A stretch of DNA of 63,747 bases, the filler included, from Choristocarpus tenellus KU-1152 (taxonomy: Eukaryota; Protista; Phaeophyceae), in NCBI GenBank assembly GCA_964200185.2. It is 14 parts of 14 records of this genome, joined end to end, with 100 filler letters (N's around TTAATTAATTAA, not from the genome) between each part and the next. Parts side by side here need not be neighbours in the genome. Positions count along the whole stretch, not along the records: positions 25,011 to 28,794 come from CAXNAD020017947.1; positions 28,895 to 32,446 come from CAXNAD020019309.1; positions 32,547 to 38,391 come from CAXNAD020009610.1; positions 38,492 to 47,780 come from CAXNAD020003814.1; 10 more parts are not named here. One strand, 5' to 3'. Under the pieces are notes generated by a model. That model ran no database searches. It was not told the DNA's origin and was given only the letters and a program-made list of their open reading frames with translations. This document shows, in pieces, positions 25,853 to 40,200 of this stretch (position 1 is its first letter; every line of letters starts with the position of its first letter). The position numbers and the translations under genes are program-made.

Positions 25853-28611
25853 ATGGGACGAACTCATCCTTGTCCAACTTTGCTTCCTTTCTGTGCTGTG
25901 GCTTTTGTTTCTCTACTTATCACTGAAGGGGCGAACACCTGCCAAAAAATCAAAGTAGCCAACTTTCTACCAGGAACATACACAAACAGCACGATTTACA
26001 ATGGGAGACCTATCTTTTACACGACTGAACGGGACTTTGTTCTGTTCTTCGCGGAATCGAGGCAGCGAAGTTCGTCAACGCTGACTTCGGAAACAGTGGA
26101 ATATGTTGCTGGTGAGGGTGCCCATGTAACTTTCTTTCTACATCTTTTTTTCCACATATTTAACGTCAGCATGGACGAGACTGATGCATCTCAGTCCGTA
26201 CATAGTACATGCTGTTATTTTTATTAGCCATACGTCTGATGTATAGGTTGTCTTCATGACCAGGACTAATATGTCGAGGGAGCGTTTCAGCCTGCAAAAC
26301 CTCTTCTTCGTTATGCAATAAGCCTATATGGTATAACCAAGCGGATCAGCAGTCAAAATAGACAAAATGACCTGCCCCAACATCTTTCCATTGATAACAC
26401 TCATTACTCGCACTTGCAGGTGATGCGGAGTTTATCGACCATCTTCACCTTGAGTTGGATGAGCAGTCATATTTGTTGGAAGGGGTTGGAGTATCTAATG
26501 GGTGTATGACTGGAGGCTGGTACGCAAGACCATTGACAGTTTCGGGACGACTGGACTACCCAGTATATGGGGTGAGAAGTATCCCATTAATTTGGTCTTT
26601 CTCGACCTTCCTCCTTTTACCTTGTCGGCCTTCCATTAATATTTATGTGTTAAACAAGATTGGTGGATGTGCCATCAGATCCCAGTGCAATGCTTTAATG
26701 GTGCTCTTCAGTGCTGACAGGGTACCCTGAGTAGAATAAAAGCTGTGGAATATACAGGGGAAAGTGTGAATGTGCATGCATCTGTTGATGACTGGGTTGG
26801 TATAGTTTGGGGACAGCGGTATGCACTTGCTTGTGATGGAGCCTCTTGTAAGAACAACAACAAATAAGGAGTACCTCATGGCCCTGACCACTCTGAAGTA
26901 CAAAGTCTGATGTCAAGATTGCTCGTAAGATTAAGGATGAAATCCCATTGGCGTAATGTGACATGGGTGGTATTCAATGGTGCTAGCTTACTGTTGCAAT
27001 GCGTTCCCCTAATCCCCTTTTTTTCCCTTTTTGTTGTTGCCATGGACTCAATGATACCCTAAGCTCGGCTCATCCCAATAAGTTTATGTAGACATAGATG
27101 TATGCATTTTAAGGTCCTATACACCTCACTAAACGACATGGTAGTAAATACGAAAAGTATTACAATTTTGCAGTACAGCAATGAAAAATGCTGGTTGTGC
27201 AAGTGTGGACATTCTGACTGCTTGAAACCTGGTTGCAACGCAAGCTAGCCGTAACACTAACCCTATACTTTGCGTCATGCAATCTCAAGGATCTTCAAAA
27301 TGTACTGTCAGAGGTAGAAATGAATTTGATTGAGTGGAACAGCTCATTCTGGGCACAGCTCATTCTGGGCGGAAGGATTAGAGTGTAAGCAAAGAATTGG
27401 GTGAGGATGATGCTGATGGATGTCTACACCAATCGAGTGTATATGAGATGAAAATGTAAGAGGTAACGCCTCCCTAGTTGTCGCTGGATTGTGTGTGTCT
27501 TGTGTGTACATTCTGCGGGTGCCGCTAGTCTCTTTCCCTAAATGCATAAGGTGTGCTGTGTGTGGGAAAATAGGGCGGCAGCACAGTGCATTGATGGTGT
27601 GGTGAGTATACATGTCAGATGGCAATGACAGCGGGAGAATTTATAAGGAAACATACTTGAGGTGAAATGACCTCAGAAATCAAGTGACGAGGGACATGTG
27701 ATATTGAAGAGAGAACTGACAGGATTATTTTTTATTTTCAAAGGGACAGTTGCAGAGGGTGAGTATATATTTTCTAGTGGCTATGGGCTGTATGTAACCT
27801 ACTAGTCGCATCTATTCCGGAGTATCTGAAGTAATGTAACACACACATACACACACTCAACTCAAACACACCTGAACATGCTCATGTGCACATCATGTTA
27901 CACGAACAGAACCCCTTGAAATTGGCAGAAATTGGTCCTTCAACACCAAAAGCTACCACACAGCAAAGACCTACTCAGGCGCACATGACACATGATACAC
28001 ACACAGACAAACATAGTCATGCACACCCTTGAAATAAGGAATTACTTCGAATATTCTGTGTAATAGAACGGCGTTACACATGAGATGGGTGTATAATATT
28101 CGTAATGATTGTAGCACTCACATTGCTCATTTTTTTTTTTGTCTTTTGGTTCAGGTGGCAGACTGTGCCTATCACCCTGCTGATATTCCTGAAGACGCTG
28201 CCTGGATTCAGTTTTCCTGTTCGGAATGCAATTCCTTCCCGACACACACCCCGATGTCCATTGCCTGCGATGCAATGGAAACTGCTTTGCCAACTACGAG
28301 TACTGCCGCAACCACTTCTTCACCTAACCCTCGAGAGCAAGTTGCTCCTACATCCCGCCATCTTTTAAGCAGCAGCAGCGGCAGCAGCAGCAGCAACAGC
28401 AGCGAGAATTGCACAATCTTGTCTATTGTAGGTAGTCCTGATAATTTTGAAGGCGTTTACACCGAGTCTACTGCGGTAAGGTCTGAAGATCGGTCAGTTT
28501 TCATAGATCCAGAGGGACTTCACACTCTTATATTTTTGGTTTTAGATGGAAACAGCACTAGGCTGCCGGAGCGTCGGCTCTTTGGTGAAATGGGGCGTGA
28601 TGATAATGAAG
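25853..28611 (+). CDS. Secreted protein with tandem uncharacterised Cys-containing domains; exons 25853-26111, 26420-26571, 28155-28611; 3' end missing
   Basis: GT-AG exons splice in frame (phases 1,0). Hydrophobic N-terminus (LLPFCAVAFVSLLITEGA). Domain 1: CQKIKVANFLPGTYTNSTIYNGRPIFY...GGWY...ADCAYHPADI...W...C. S/T-rich linker. Domain 2 starts CTILSIVGSPDNFEGVYTE...DRSVFI. Confidence 0.8.
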
Positions 28612-28911
28612 GTGAGAGATGGTCCAATCCCTTTCTTCCATCATGATGCTACAAAGATAGAAGAAATTACAACATTAAACGTATTCCATATAATATTACT
28701 GGGTCAAAGTATCTGGGGGGGGGGGGGGGGGGGGTGGAGAGGAGGGGGGGGTTTTTGTTTTGTTGATTTCGTTTTTTTTTTTTTTTCTTTTAATNNNNNN
28801 NNNNNNNNNNNNNNNNNNNNNNNNNNNNNNNNNNNNNNTTAATTAATTAANNNNNNNNNNNNNNNNNNNNNNNNNNNNNNNNNNNNNNNNNNNNCTCTCT
28901 ACCGCACACAC

Positions 28912-28966
28912 ACATACATACATACATACATACATACATACATAAATACATACATACATACATACA
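28912..28966. repeat. (CATA)n microsatellite
   Basis: Directly visible tandem repeat. Confidence 0.9.
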
Positions 28967-29195
28967 TTTTCAGCATAGAAATGGGGGGTGTCGGGCACAA
29001 CCTCACAAAGGACTTAATAGATCGAGGTAGGATGAAACGTACCACCCTGAAGGATAGTTCAACCCACTCTTGTTCCATTGAATAAACACTTGCAATGTAT
29101 TATATTTATAGTTTAATATCTTAGATTCGTACTGTACTAACTCCTCAAATATATGTATATATATATTCCTTTTTTTTGTTCTGAGCTGCCAATAG

Positions 29196-31340
29196 GTGAT
29201 GTATGCGTCCAATGGAGTTGGTCTAGCGGCTCCGCAGGTGGGGGTTAACAAACGCTTAATGGTGTTCAACCCCGGTGAGTTTTTTTTTTTTTTTTCTCCT
29301 TGGTTGTTGTCCGGAGTGTTGATCGATGTTTTCAAACAGGGTTTCAATGCAGTAGACGGTATGTTATGACTGCGAGTACCGTAGCTGTTGGTGGTATGTG
29401 GAGGATTTGCTGTACCGGTGTAGGGTGAAGAGATAGCATCGTACCACTACTGCTACGTAGATAGACCTCAGAATTTTCACTAGGAAAAATCCAGGATTTT
29501 TGTTGTTTTTGTTTTTTTAGCTGAGTGTTATTGTTCTGTTTTTTGAACGGCGGTGTCGATGGAAAGCGGTAGCGTGGTTTGTGAGGGCTTGGGGAAGAAT
29601 GTTCGCAGTTTCGACAATGAGATTTTTTATTTTTTTTGGGGGGGGGGGTTGTATGTCACTAAAAAGTGGTTTTCATTTTTATTTTTTATTTTTTAAGACT
29701 ATTTTTGGATCTAGCGAAAGAAATAGTGATTGTTATTACGATGATTGGATGCATCCATATATATTTTTCTTCTGTGTGTTTTGCTGTTTTGTAACTAAAT
29801 ATTGGGGAAGGAGTGATAGAAGGAAGGCGTTCTCGTAGATATTTGGACAGGCATGAGGAATAGAGACACAGGGACTTGATTGTCCGTTAGAAGTTCATAT
29901 GGGTTAATTGTGCAGCAGTAGAAATAGAAACAGTAACGCTTCCTGCAGTTGCTATAAAACTTGTTCCCCTGTAAAGCACCCACTCAGGTATACTTTACAT
30001 ACTTCGGTGCCATTTTGTCTCGGTTGATGTATGACTGATTTGCGTTCCGATTTTTGAACTTGACATCCGAGGAGTAAGCGCCTTCAACTTTTTGTGACAT
30101 GTAATGGTCGTGTCGTGTTGTCATGCCCAACTTACCCGCTCAAGATGTGTTGTTGTTGTTGTTGTTTTTTAATCTTTTCAGTGCGATGTGTGGCAAACGT
30201 CTTGATTTTTTTTAATCTATTGATAGCAAAAACAGGGCATTTATTGATTTTTTCTTCAATCGTTTCATATCGGGTTTTTCACAGATAGCTCTATGGTGCA
30301 CAGTACGTCCACATTAGTGACAATATTCTCATTTTTGGAAATGGCAAGCTGGGCGTGGCGACCGTTTTTTTTTTTTTTTAACATGAAAGGGTAATTTGTC
30401 GTGAGACGTGAAATTCAAAAAAATCAGAACACAAACCAGCTCTGCTATGTAGCCGTATCGGAGATAAATGGCACCGGCACAAGAAAAAAAATAATACAGA
30501 GGACTATTTCTAAGGCTGGAATAAGGCGTTCTGAGAGGAGTATCTGTTACATACAGGGAAATGTGTCATGGAGGAAGATCGACCTTGTGTGGATGATATG
30601 CTGCGTGCCTTACCCCCCTTCCTCTAGGATTATTTACGCTGGGCTTAGGTGGACTGCTGATAATGCTGGTGGTGCTTTTATTGTAGTTATTAACACATGC
30701 ACATGGATGTCAGGGATGATGGAAGGCTTGTCTTGGTGTGTGATAAGAAATGGACTTGTCAGTGAGATTTTTAAGTTGGCGTTTGTGTGTATGTGTGTGT
30801 GTGTTTTAGTTGGTGTTGTGGTGATAGGTTGCTCTTGCCATAGGGTAGAAATGAAAGTGCTTGCTGATTAGGTAATAGTGGTGATTCGTTTTCTTTTTAG
30901 TGGTTATGTATTTTGTAGTAGTGTTGGAATATCAGTTGGGGTGCGTTTTGATATTGCGTTTGATTGTGTTGATGTGAGCTGGAATATTTATTATGAGTAC
31001 AGGAAGGTAATATAAAAATAAAAATACAAGAAATTCTTTTGTTTTTTGATGTTGATGTATTTGAAGATGGTGATCGATATTTTTCACAGTGTTAATTTTT
31101 GTTTGAGTTCCAAATCGTGGGGTCGTGTTAACAATAGTTTTAGTAGAAAAAAATAATACTGCTGTTTTTCTCAATTCATGTTTTTTTTTTGTAATTGTTG
31201 ACTGTTGTTGCGTGTCAGAGGGTAACCCCACCAAGTGGCTGGATGAAGCGATCTTAATAAACCCTCAAATTGTAGATTCCAGTGAGGCTAAAGTGACAGA
31301 TGAAGAAGGGTGCTTGTCATTTCCCGGGATGCGCGGTCAG
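29196..31340 (+). CDS. def: Peptide deformylase (likely plastid PDF1B type), internal exons 29196-29274 and 31219-31340
   Basis: VMYASNGVGLAAPQVGVNKRLMVFNP/EGNPTKWLDEAILINPQIVDSSEAKVTDEEGCLSFPGMRGQ contains PDF motif 1 (GxGxAAxQ) and motif 2 (EGCLS); the phase-1 intron joins in frame. Confidence 0.95.
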
Positions 31341-32809
31341 GTATGTTTTATATATATATATATATATGTATATGTGTATGTATGATGAACTCTACTCTTT
31401 TGATGTTGACTTCATCGTTTTGACCATCTAGCCCTAACCTTAACTTTGTTCTGTTGATATTTATTATTATTGCAGTAGGTGGTGTGTTTGTTGGGAGAGG
31501 GAAGCAAAAAATAAAAAGCAGCAAAGTAGGGCTGAGAGCAGAGTCTGCGCTATTGTTTTTAATATTATAATATTGTTATTGTTAGAATAAATGTTACTAC
31601 CCGCCTTCGTGCGTAGTTTTTTTCTTTTTTTCTTTTTCTTTTAGTGTTGGAGTCATGAAAGGGCGCATAGATAGAGTACCTGGTGACCATTTTGTCGCCT
31701 TTTTTTTTTCTGGCATGGAAAGTTCTTTCGGTGCATCCTTTTTTTTTTTTCTTCATTGATGCGTGCATTATCGTGGACACTTTTGCCGTCTCCTTTTTGC
31801 CGACACGCCTGCCTTCCTTCTTCTCAGAAACCACTCAAAAATATGTTGGAAGTATATATGTTTTTTTTTCTGGGAATGGTGCTGTTCGAGGCAAGCGGTG
31901 AAAGTGGCTTGTGAAAGTATATATATATATATATATATATACTTCAACATTATTGGAATGAGTTTTGCTTCAGTTGCAAGTAAGTAACCTGGACAAGTGT
32001 TTGTGGAGAGATTGCGATGCACCTAGGAAGAAGTGGTGCGAGTTTCAGTTATTGTAACTGTATGTCCATGCAAAAGAAAAAGAATGTGTTGAAAAAATGG
32101 TTGTAGCAACGCCCATGGCTTGCTGCCCTGAAAGATGGTGCCAAGGAACTGTTACATCTGTCCAGCGGGCCCGTCGCCGTGCTGATAGGCAGCAGTTACA
32201 TCACGCGGCGGATACACAATATACCTATAATTTCTTGTTCGTTGGTGATTGGATTGCTTCGTGAGTAGAGGCATTGGTTGGACACGTCCATTGCTATCTG
32301 CCGGTGTCTTTTTAAGTCAGATTTTGAGTCAGTCCCTGTCAGCTAGTTATCTTTTGATCGTTGCGTCCTGATTGGTAATGGGTTTTTTTTTTTGGGGGGG
32401 GGGGGGGTTACTAAGTCTACGGTGTAGGATCGTCTGGTACGGACACNNNNNNNNNNNNNNNNNNNNNNNNNNNNNNNNNNNNNNNNNNNNTTAATTAATT
32501 AANNNNNNNNNNNNNNNNNNNNNNNNNNNNNNNNNNNNNNNNNNNNCCCCCCCCCAGATACTTTGACTCTCGGGGTTCACAAAACATCCAAATTACACTG
32601 CCACCTCTCTGTACAAACTCCCCGTTGTGACTTGATGCTTCCATCTACACTAGCAGGCAAAAGAAAAATATACATTTAGGTAGTATAGCATTAGGGCGTC
32701 ATCACAAAAATACCTATAATATACGGTAAAAAACTAGACATTAAAAAAAACATTTCTTCAATTTCGCCATCAACAACAAAAAAAACTACTCCAATAAACC
32801 TGAGCATAC

Positions 32810-33070
32810 ATAGCCCTAACCCTAACCCTCTCAACAACAACAACAACAACAACAATGGCAACAAAACTTCAACCTGATAATAGTCCCAACAACACAAACG
32901 CAAACCCCAGCTAAAAAAACCCCAAAGCATAACACTATCGCTCTCCCTAACAAACCCAAACCCTAACCCTAGCAAACCCTATCCCTATCCCTATCCCTAA
33001 CAAACCCTTGCCCCATCCCTAACAAAACCTAATACTATCCCTATCCGTAACAAAACCCTAACCTTAATCC
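32810..33070. repeat. Degenerate telomere-like (CCCTAA/CCCTAT)n and (AAC)n low-complexity tract
   Basis: Repeated CCCTAA, CCCTAT and CCCAAA hexamers in an intron. Confidence 0.8.
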
Positions 33071-33086
33071 CGATCACCGCTCTCAC

Positions 33087-33489
33087 CCTCCTGCTTCCCG
33101 ACGGAGACACGGGCATGAGACCACCGCTCTCTACCGCGACCACCAACAGCGGCACGTTTGATGGCACAGGCGATCCTGAAGTGACAGCCTGCGAAGTCAT
33201 AGAAGAACCCTCACCCGAACGAGTACGACTCGTATGGCCTTCTGGAACAGTGGTGTAAACATGTTGGACTTGCTGCTGCTGCTGCTGCTGATGCTGCTGC
33301 GGGTACTGAGGGCAGCCCAGAGCCATCGGGGGGTACGCCACGGAGAATCCCTGCGGGGGATAGGTCACATACAATGGCTGGTACGGTGATGGGTAGTAGG
33401 TGCCACCCCCTGGTTGACCTTGGGTTGTCGTCGCTGAGCCTGGCTTGGTCGTGGGTGCAGCACCTGATCCTCCTCTCACCTGTACAGGG

Positions 33490-33524
<35 letters not shown>

Positions 33525-36500
33525 AAAATGCAATTGAATGATCCGGTTTGTACAGGTAGGGTGAGCAAGAGGAAAAAAGGGTTTTGAAGATATTGCTTGG
33601 GGCAGCGGGTGTGTGTGTGTGGGGGGGGGGGGGGGGTATAGGTTCTTAGGGTTAGGGTTAGGGATGCTATGTTTCTACATCTTGCCACCAGAGTCTATGT
33701 GACACAAGCCCCGGTTTCCTGCAGAGCTGTATACGCAGTTCGGGCAAAAGGTGTGAGTATCAATATTTTCATGTTTGAGACACGGCAAGAGCAGGGAAGA
33801 AAAAGCAACCAGCGCTGTTCTCATGTACACATGAAATATTGTGAACAACTGAGAAAATATCTTGAGGCGGGTAACCATGTTGCTACATAAATACTGGAGG
33901 GCTCCATAATATCTGAGCGAAACAACAAGGTAGGGTGCTACAAACATACACTGTACTCAGCACACTGCAGAAGGCCTTCCAGGTTTTGTAAACGCAACAC
34001 CTACAATGAATAACTTGTCCCCTGACCCAAGTGTAGCTCTCAAGGGAAGGAGCAAGAACAGGCCCTGTATGCACACACCAGTACAGGGGAAGATGATGTG
34101 ATCCTTCCCGAGTATTGGCAACTCTAAAAGCACCTTATACAATTCTGGATATAAGCATGGTGTACTGGAGTGAACTGGACCGGAAAATGACTTGGAACCC
34201 AATAAATGTCCCAAATTCAGCCCTATGGTACTGCATAGTAAAGGTATGCATGCAGTACCAAGTACATCATCCCCAATTCCAGTAACACTTGGTTGCCATG
34301 GTGAAGTCCACGTTAGGAAGTCTTTCAAGCAGATAAAAAGAGCCAGTCTCTGGCAATGTGCAGTCCCATAGCTGGAGATGGGTTTGTGATCCCAAGTATA
34401 TCAGCAACCCAGTCCGGAATAGGAGTGTCTTACACATGTCAAGGATGATATGCATCTGCAGAGCAATGCACATAGTGACATTGTGTTTGTTATCATGGCA
34501 AGGAAGTGCACCTGGAGACCACTGTTGCCAAAACAAGAGGGCATGCTCTTGACTTAGGGTTAGGGCTCTGTCGTCAACTGGGTCACACATACCTTCAAAA
34601 ACCATGACCATTTCCACCATTTAGTAACATGTTCTGGAAACATGAATATGTAGCAACGTTTTTTGTGTTACCGGTTGGGAAGAGTAGGACAACGCCTTTC
34701 TCGCCAGTAAGAACACCCCTCATCATCCTCAAACTTTCGAGGGTTTTTGATCAAATCTTTCGTTTCTTGCCGGGTGAGAGTTGAATCCGTCACCAGACTC
34801 CCAAGCGCGTGTATCACCCTGAAACTTGCTCCTCCTCCTATTTTCTTTTTCTTTTCACTCAAGGTTAGGGCTGTTGATGCATCCCCTTAAGGCTGCACAG
34901 AGAGCACTCTGCGAATACTGTCGATTCTAAAAAAAAATGCAGAAAAGATAATAAAAGCAAAAAAAAAATTAGACCCATTACTATTTACCTCCGTGTGCAC
35001 CAAAGAGGTCTCAGAGTGGATCATTCCTAGCTTGCTTCCGCTGGGTCGTGGGGTACTTGCAGTAGATACGCCTGCCAAGGTTGAAGCTGCTTGGTGGTCC
35101 ACGGTGATGTTATGGAGTTGACCATGAGAGTCTGGCTTGGGCTTGGGCTTGGGCTTATTGGGACTCCCTGGCTGTGCGATCTGTTCTAGTGCTCTGGTGC
35201 TGTGTTTGTCTTCTAAGTGTGAACTTGACTGTTGTCTGCACACAGAATCCAACAAAAGCAATGATGAGGGAGGAGGGGGGAGGGGGGGGTGGAGACCTCC
35301 AAGTGAAAGGGAAAACAAATTCCACAAATCTGATAACCCACACGAGTCTGACGTAGTACGTGAATGTTACAGTTGCTGATGATGGTATAGGATAATAAAT
35401 GCATTATATCGCTATATTATACGTGCCTGAAATGAGTTCATTTATCCATCCAGTCAAAACCAAACATAGGTGATGCTAAATGCCAGGGCTTCCTGTGGGA
35501 AATGACACACATAACTGGTTCTATCCCTGGTCCTATTTCTCACCAAAACAAAAAAGTTGATCTACTATGGTTACTTTGGGGGCACACTCATGAACTGATA
35601 TTGCAGGTGGAGAACTGACGACAGGCCACACCTTATGCAGGTAGAACCTGAGGAATGAGGTGGATTCCCAACAGATTTTACTGGAGATTCACACTCTTGG
35701 ACAGGTGTACTGCTGCCCTTAGAGGACCCATGAACGAAGTTCTTGCCAGCATGTTGAGGGGGCTCCTTCCTGTTGTCGTACCATTCTGGTGTACTTTGCT
35801 GGTGGAGGTGGGCAAGGAAAAGGCGACTGTTTCGTTTGGAAATTCATCAATCCATCCATCACACATATCCACATTGTGATTCACTAAGGTTTCTCCCAGT
35901 TGGAGGGAACATAGAGTTGGTTGTGCTATAAAATGAGCAGACACAGGCATGCCCAACCACACACCCTTTGAGGAAAAGAGAACGGCAGTTTGTTCAGTAT
36001 CTTCCCTCTCTTGGCACCTCATATTGTAAATGTCACCATATCCCTTAACCTCGATGAAAAATCAGCAGAAGACAGGATATGTGTGTCATATGACTTGAAC
36101 CTAGCACTTCTTGGTAGGTCTACGAAGCGTTCTCGATCTTCGGGTTGAAGGAAAAGACAATGCAAGATTCAATTACTTAAGGAGGGTCAGCTCAATAGCT
36201 GGGAATACGGCCTTCTGAGGCGATGACAACACCACTGGAAGAAATTATCTACATATTTTGTAGCCTGGAGACGCACAAAGCATAGCCTGTAGTACATCGG
36301 TCCGAGCACCCTAGATAACCCCGCCTTTGCTTCCCCGTTACCATGCCTGGGTAACAGCCCAAAGAGATCAGCATATTGACTCATAACAGCACCTATGTTG
36401 CACCCCTATGGAATATTCGACAGGTTTTTTAGCGTTGCCTTTAGGGAAAGAGAGGTTAGAGATATATCTACGAAGAAGAAGAAATATTATACTACCTAAG

Positions 36501-37250
36501 CAGAATTGGAGGAACGGCTACTGATGCTACTGATGCTAGCTACGCCGTCACTGACCCTTCCCGCTCCACCTCAGCCTATGCAGACACTAATATCATGGAT
36601 GCCTGAGTCATAATAAATTGGTCATGGGTCGACTGGGGTGCCCCAACCAGCGATACAATGGGCATATGCTACGAATGAAATGTACTTCAACTCACCTTAT
36701 TTCGAAATTGTGGGGATGGTATACGTCGACGACCAGCTCTTCGCTTTCCAACTCCGTCCCCACTGTCCCCATGTAAATCAGTGCAGACTACACCATCATC
36801 GATCGCCGATATCTCACAATCACCCATTCCGTTGGAAGACCCATCAACGTTCCTGCGGGGTTTCAATGGAGGAATAATCTTCAAGGTATTGGCATTTCCT
36901 GACCCACCATTTTCACGCCGATTCTTCCCTGGACGACGCTTCGGATGTCTCTTGGGGAAGATCTCGTCCACGACCTTGATCTCGTCAGCCCTTCGCTTTC
37001 GCCCCTCCTCATCCCGACCATCAGCTTCTATCGCCACTTCTTTCTTCCCTTCATGTTCTATCTTCAATGAGGTGTCCAGCGAAGTCATCTTGCGTTCTGT
37101 CTTGCAGAACGACGAGAGTGAGGCAAGTACATCTGCCACGACTTCCAAAGTTTCATACTCTTGTTGTTCAATCTGGTCGTTTCCTAGGTCTTCTCCACCA
37201 TCGCAGGTCGTATTCTTTCCAACACCATTAAGCACGCTGCTCGTTGACAT
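33087..37250 (-). CDS. Low-complexity/disordered protein; candidate exons 37250-36696, 35228-34989, 33479-33087 (additional exons possible)
   Basis: ATG at 37250 preceded by an in-frame TGA. Three exons with GT-AG boundaries, all phase 0. Basic clusters (RKRR, KRHPKRRP, KRRAGRRR) and a Y/P/Q-rich, polyQ segment; no recognised domain. Confidence 0.55.
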
Positions 37251-40200
37251 ATCTCAATCAAGTCTGCAAGTGACGCAAGCGCACCTTGGCACTCTGATAT
37301 GTGGGGTCCACCTCTAAACCCTCCTACTTGAATTCTTTTTTGAAGGTAAGCCACTTAGACAATGTTGGAGAGTTATGCTCGAATAGCCCATTTGTCTAGA
37401 CTATTCCTAGGCTATTCGTATCACAAAGTGACAAATCCGATACTAACCCTGAGAAGAACAATCTCACCAATATATTTTTTCTTTTAGAATTTGCATATTT
37501 ATCTATAATTACCAATACTACATAATGGTCTGTCTGTGTCAAGAGCTTAAAGCATCAACGTAATCGAACGAAAGATGTTGTTCTAAACAACTATCGTACT
37601 TCATTGCAACCACATTGGTCGAAAAATGAAAAATGTGTCACACTCCATACCTTCATCTCTCCTCTATGTATTATATCATTATGCCCTCTGACATGTATAA
37701 TTAAATATTATATTATTATGCCCTCTGACATTTTGCAGATGTGTCAGGGGAAAACCAATGAAAACTATATACATATGTGTACATAAAACCTCTATCCATA
37801 ACATTTTTTTCACACCTAGCATTCGTTTTTGTTTTGGTTCATTGGTTCAAAAATCCCAAAAGATGCTGACGTATGAGGTACGTGGTTTCAATAAGGTGAG
37901 ATGTAATGGAGATCAATTTGTCAACATCTGTTAGATAAGAATGGGAAGTGACTCGACAAAAAAACCTTGGTTCTTGTGTTGGTTCAAGTACAGTACCTAC
38001 TATTACATAAGCAATGATAGTATAATATGATGGTAGTATTCAGTTACGTTGCCTGTTCTTGTCCTTACACCTCACTCCTTTCCTCTTTGTGTTCTCTCTT
38101 TACTGACTACGTGTCAAAGGAGTTGATTATTTCCCCCTCACTTTATGTTTATATATTGATTGCATCAACTATTGATGTTCCTAATCCTAACAACGCTGAT
38201 GCCGAAGAGATTCTTCATTTAGTCACGTCCGATTCATCAAAAAACCTGCGTTCAGCGTCGTAAGGAAGAAAAGCAACATTGGAAGAACCACATTCCTGTT
38301 TACTCTAGGTTAAGGGTAGGCTCAAACCTGTTAAAGTATCCTCAAAATCATCAAAGAGGATAAAGGTGATAAACCCGGCGAGATTGCTTGGNNNNNNNNN
38401 NNNNNNNNNNNNNNNNNNNNNNNNNNNNNNNNNNNTTAATTAATTAANNNNNNNNNNNNNNNNNNNNNNNNNNNNNNNNNNNNNNNNNNNNTCAATTTTG
38501 GAGTTACTTCTTGGTTATGCATCCATTACCCCACCCCCCACCCCCCCAACAGCCTTCATACCCTCCATGATGCTGCCAAGGATAAGCCGTTTGAACTTGA
38601 GATGTCTTGGTTGTGCGAGGAGACGAACTGGGTTTACAAGGGAGTGCCACATGCAGAAGTGAGTCAATTTGCTGGGCATAGTACTGATGTGAATCCTTGG
38701 ATTGTTTTCACTCCTGTTATCCTCCTCCCTCGTGCTTGTATTCCCCATCAGTTCATCCTTAACTATTTTGACACAAGCCATAGCCGTAACTGCCTCTGTG
38801 GGTAGGGTGTATTGTGCCTTGCCATAATAAAGTTCTTTTTCAACTTTGCTGCAAGTAATAGTAGTAGGGACAAGAATTGACATCTCCGTGCCTGGCTTTT
38901 TCAAAGCTAATGCCTCATGAAGAAAGTATTTTTTCGCATTATTACTTTTCTGGGGGGAGGGGGGAGTTCTGGAATAAAGTCTTGCATCTACAGCAGACGA
39001 AAATGTCCTGACTGCAGAAATGTCTAGAGACATTGAAAAAGGAATACAGGTGGAGCATGGCAGGGTTGGTTGTTTAGTGGGAGGTGTAGTGAATTCCGGT
39101 TGGAGGAGATCCAATAGACCAGCACGGGCCAGGATGGCTTTATAAATTGAGTTTGGAAATCAGTCTGCTAAGGCCTTTGACGATGTCCGCGTTCATTGTC
39201 TGAAAAATTTAGGTATACTTGTAGGTAAACTTCCGATGTTAAAGTTTTGGGGTTGGGAGTTTCGTTGTGTAGACAATTGGTTCACAGTAGTTTTACTGAT
39301 TGTCTTCTAAGTGCCAGGAGTGATCTTGGGAACCCTCTTTTCCTCTGACCTATGGCGTATGTTACACATTTTTTCTTTGTAGGAAATATATTGGACGGTC
39401 TTAAAAGTTGTGAGATGAAGTGAAGACCATGTTGATGGCCTTGATGATAGAATTCCAAACAATCTTAAAATCGGATTGTGAGAAAAGTGAACTTTTTGCA
39501 CCCCAATTGTCCTGAACCGCCTAGTATGACCTCCTGTTTACCTGAGTTGACAGTTTTTTATAGGAGGAGGTGACTCAGTGATCAGTAGTCTGCCAAACTT
39601 GGAAAGCTATAATGTTATTCCCCTTTAGGAATAATATATCGATTTCCTGGAGGTAGTATTTTTTTTAATATAGTTTGGAATGAAGAGTTGTCCAAAGAGC
39701 TCATGCTGCTGAGCGTAATATTTTGTAACTACAGGTCACCACGGAGCAACTCTGCACCTGGTCTTTTTCAAAAAATAGACGGTCTAGTTTCTTGTTTGAA
39801 ATTTTTTTTAACAACTTCCCAAAATCTCCCACACAAAAAATTCTGGTGTATTTTCAGTCCAGGAAAAAAGAGGAAATAATTATATCAGTGACTTGATAAG
39901 CTCAATATGAATCCAGGCTCAAAAGCTATAGTGCAAATAGTTGACCATTCATGAAAATGTGGGCTTGGATTTTTGTGTCAAAATACATGTTTTTTAGCAG
40001 TCAAAAAGAACAGATCTTTCATCTTCTCTAAGCTTCAAGCTTTCTAGTGATAACTGTTTTTTTGTGTATCACATCAATAATATTAATGAACCCCGAAAAT
40101 GGTTCAATATTAGGAGGGCAACTTGAAGTAAGTATTGTGTTGCATGTACCAGATGGAAGGTATAGAGTGAATTTTGCATGATGATAAGGATACAATACCT

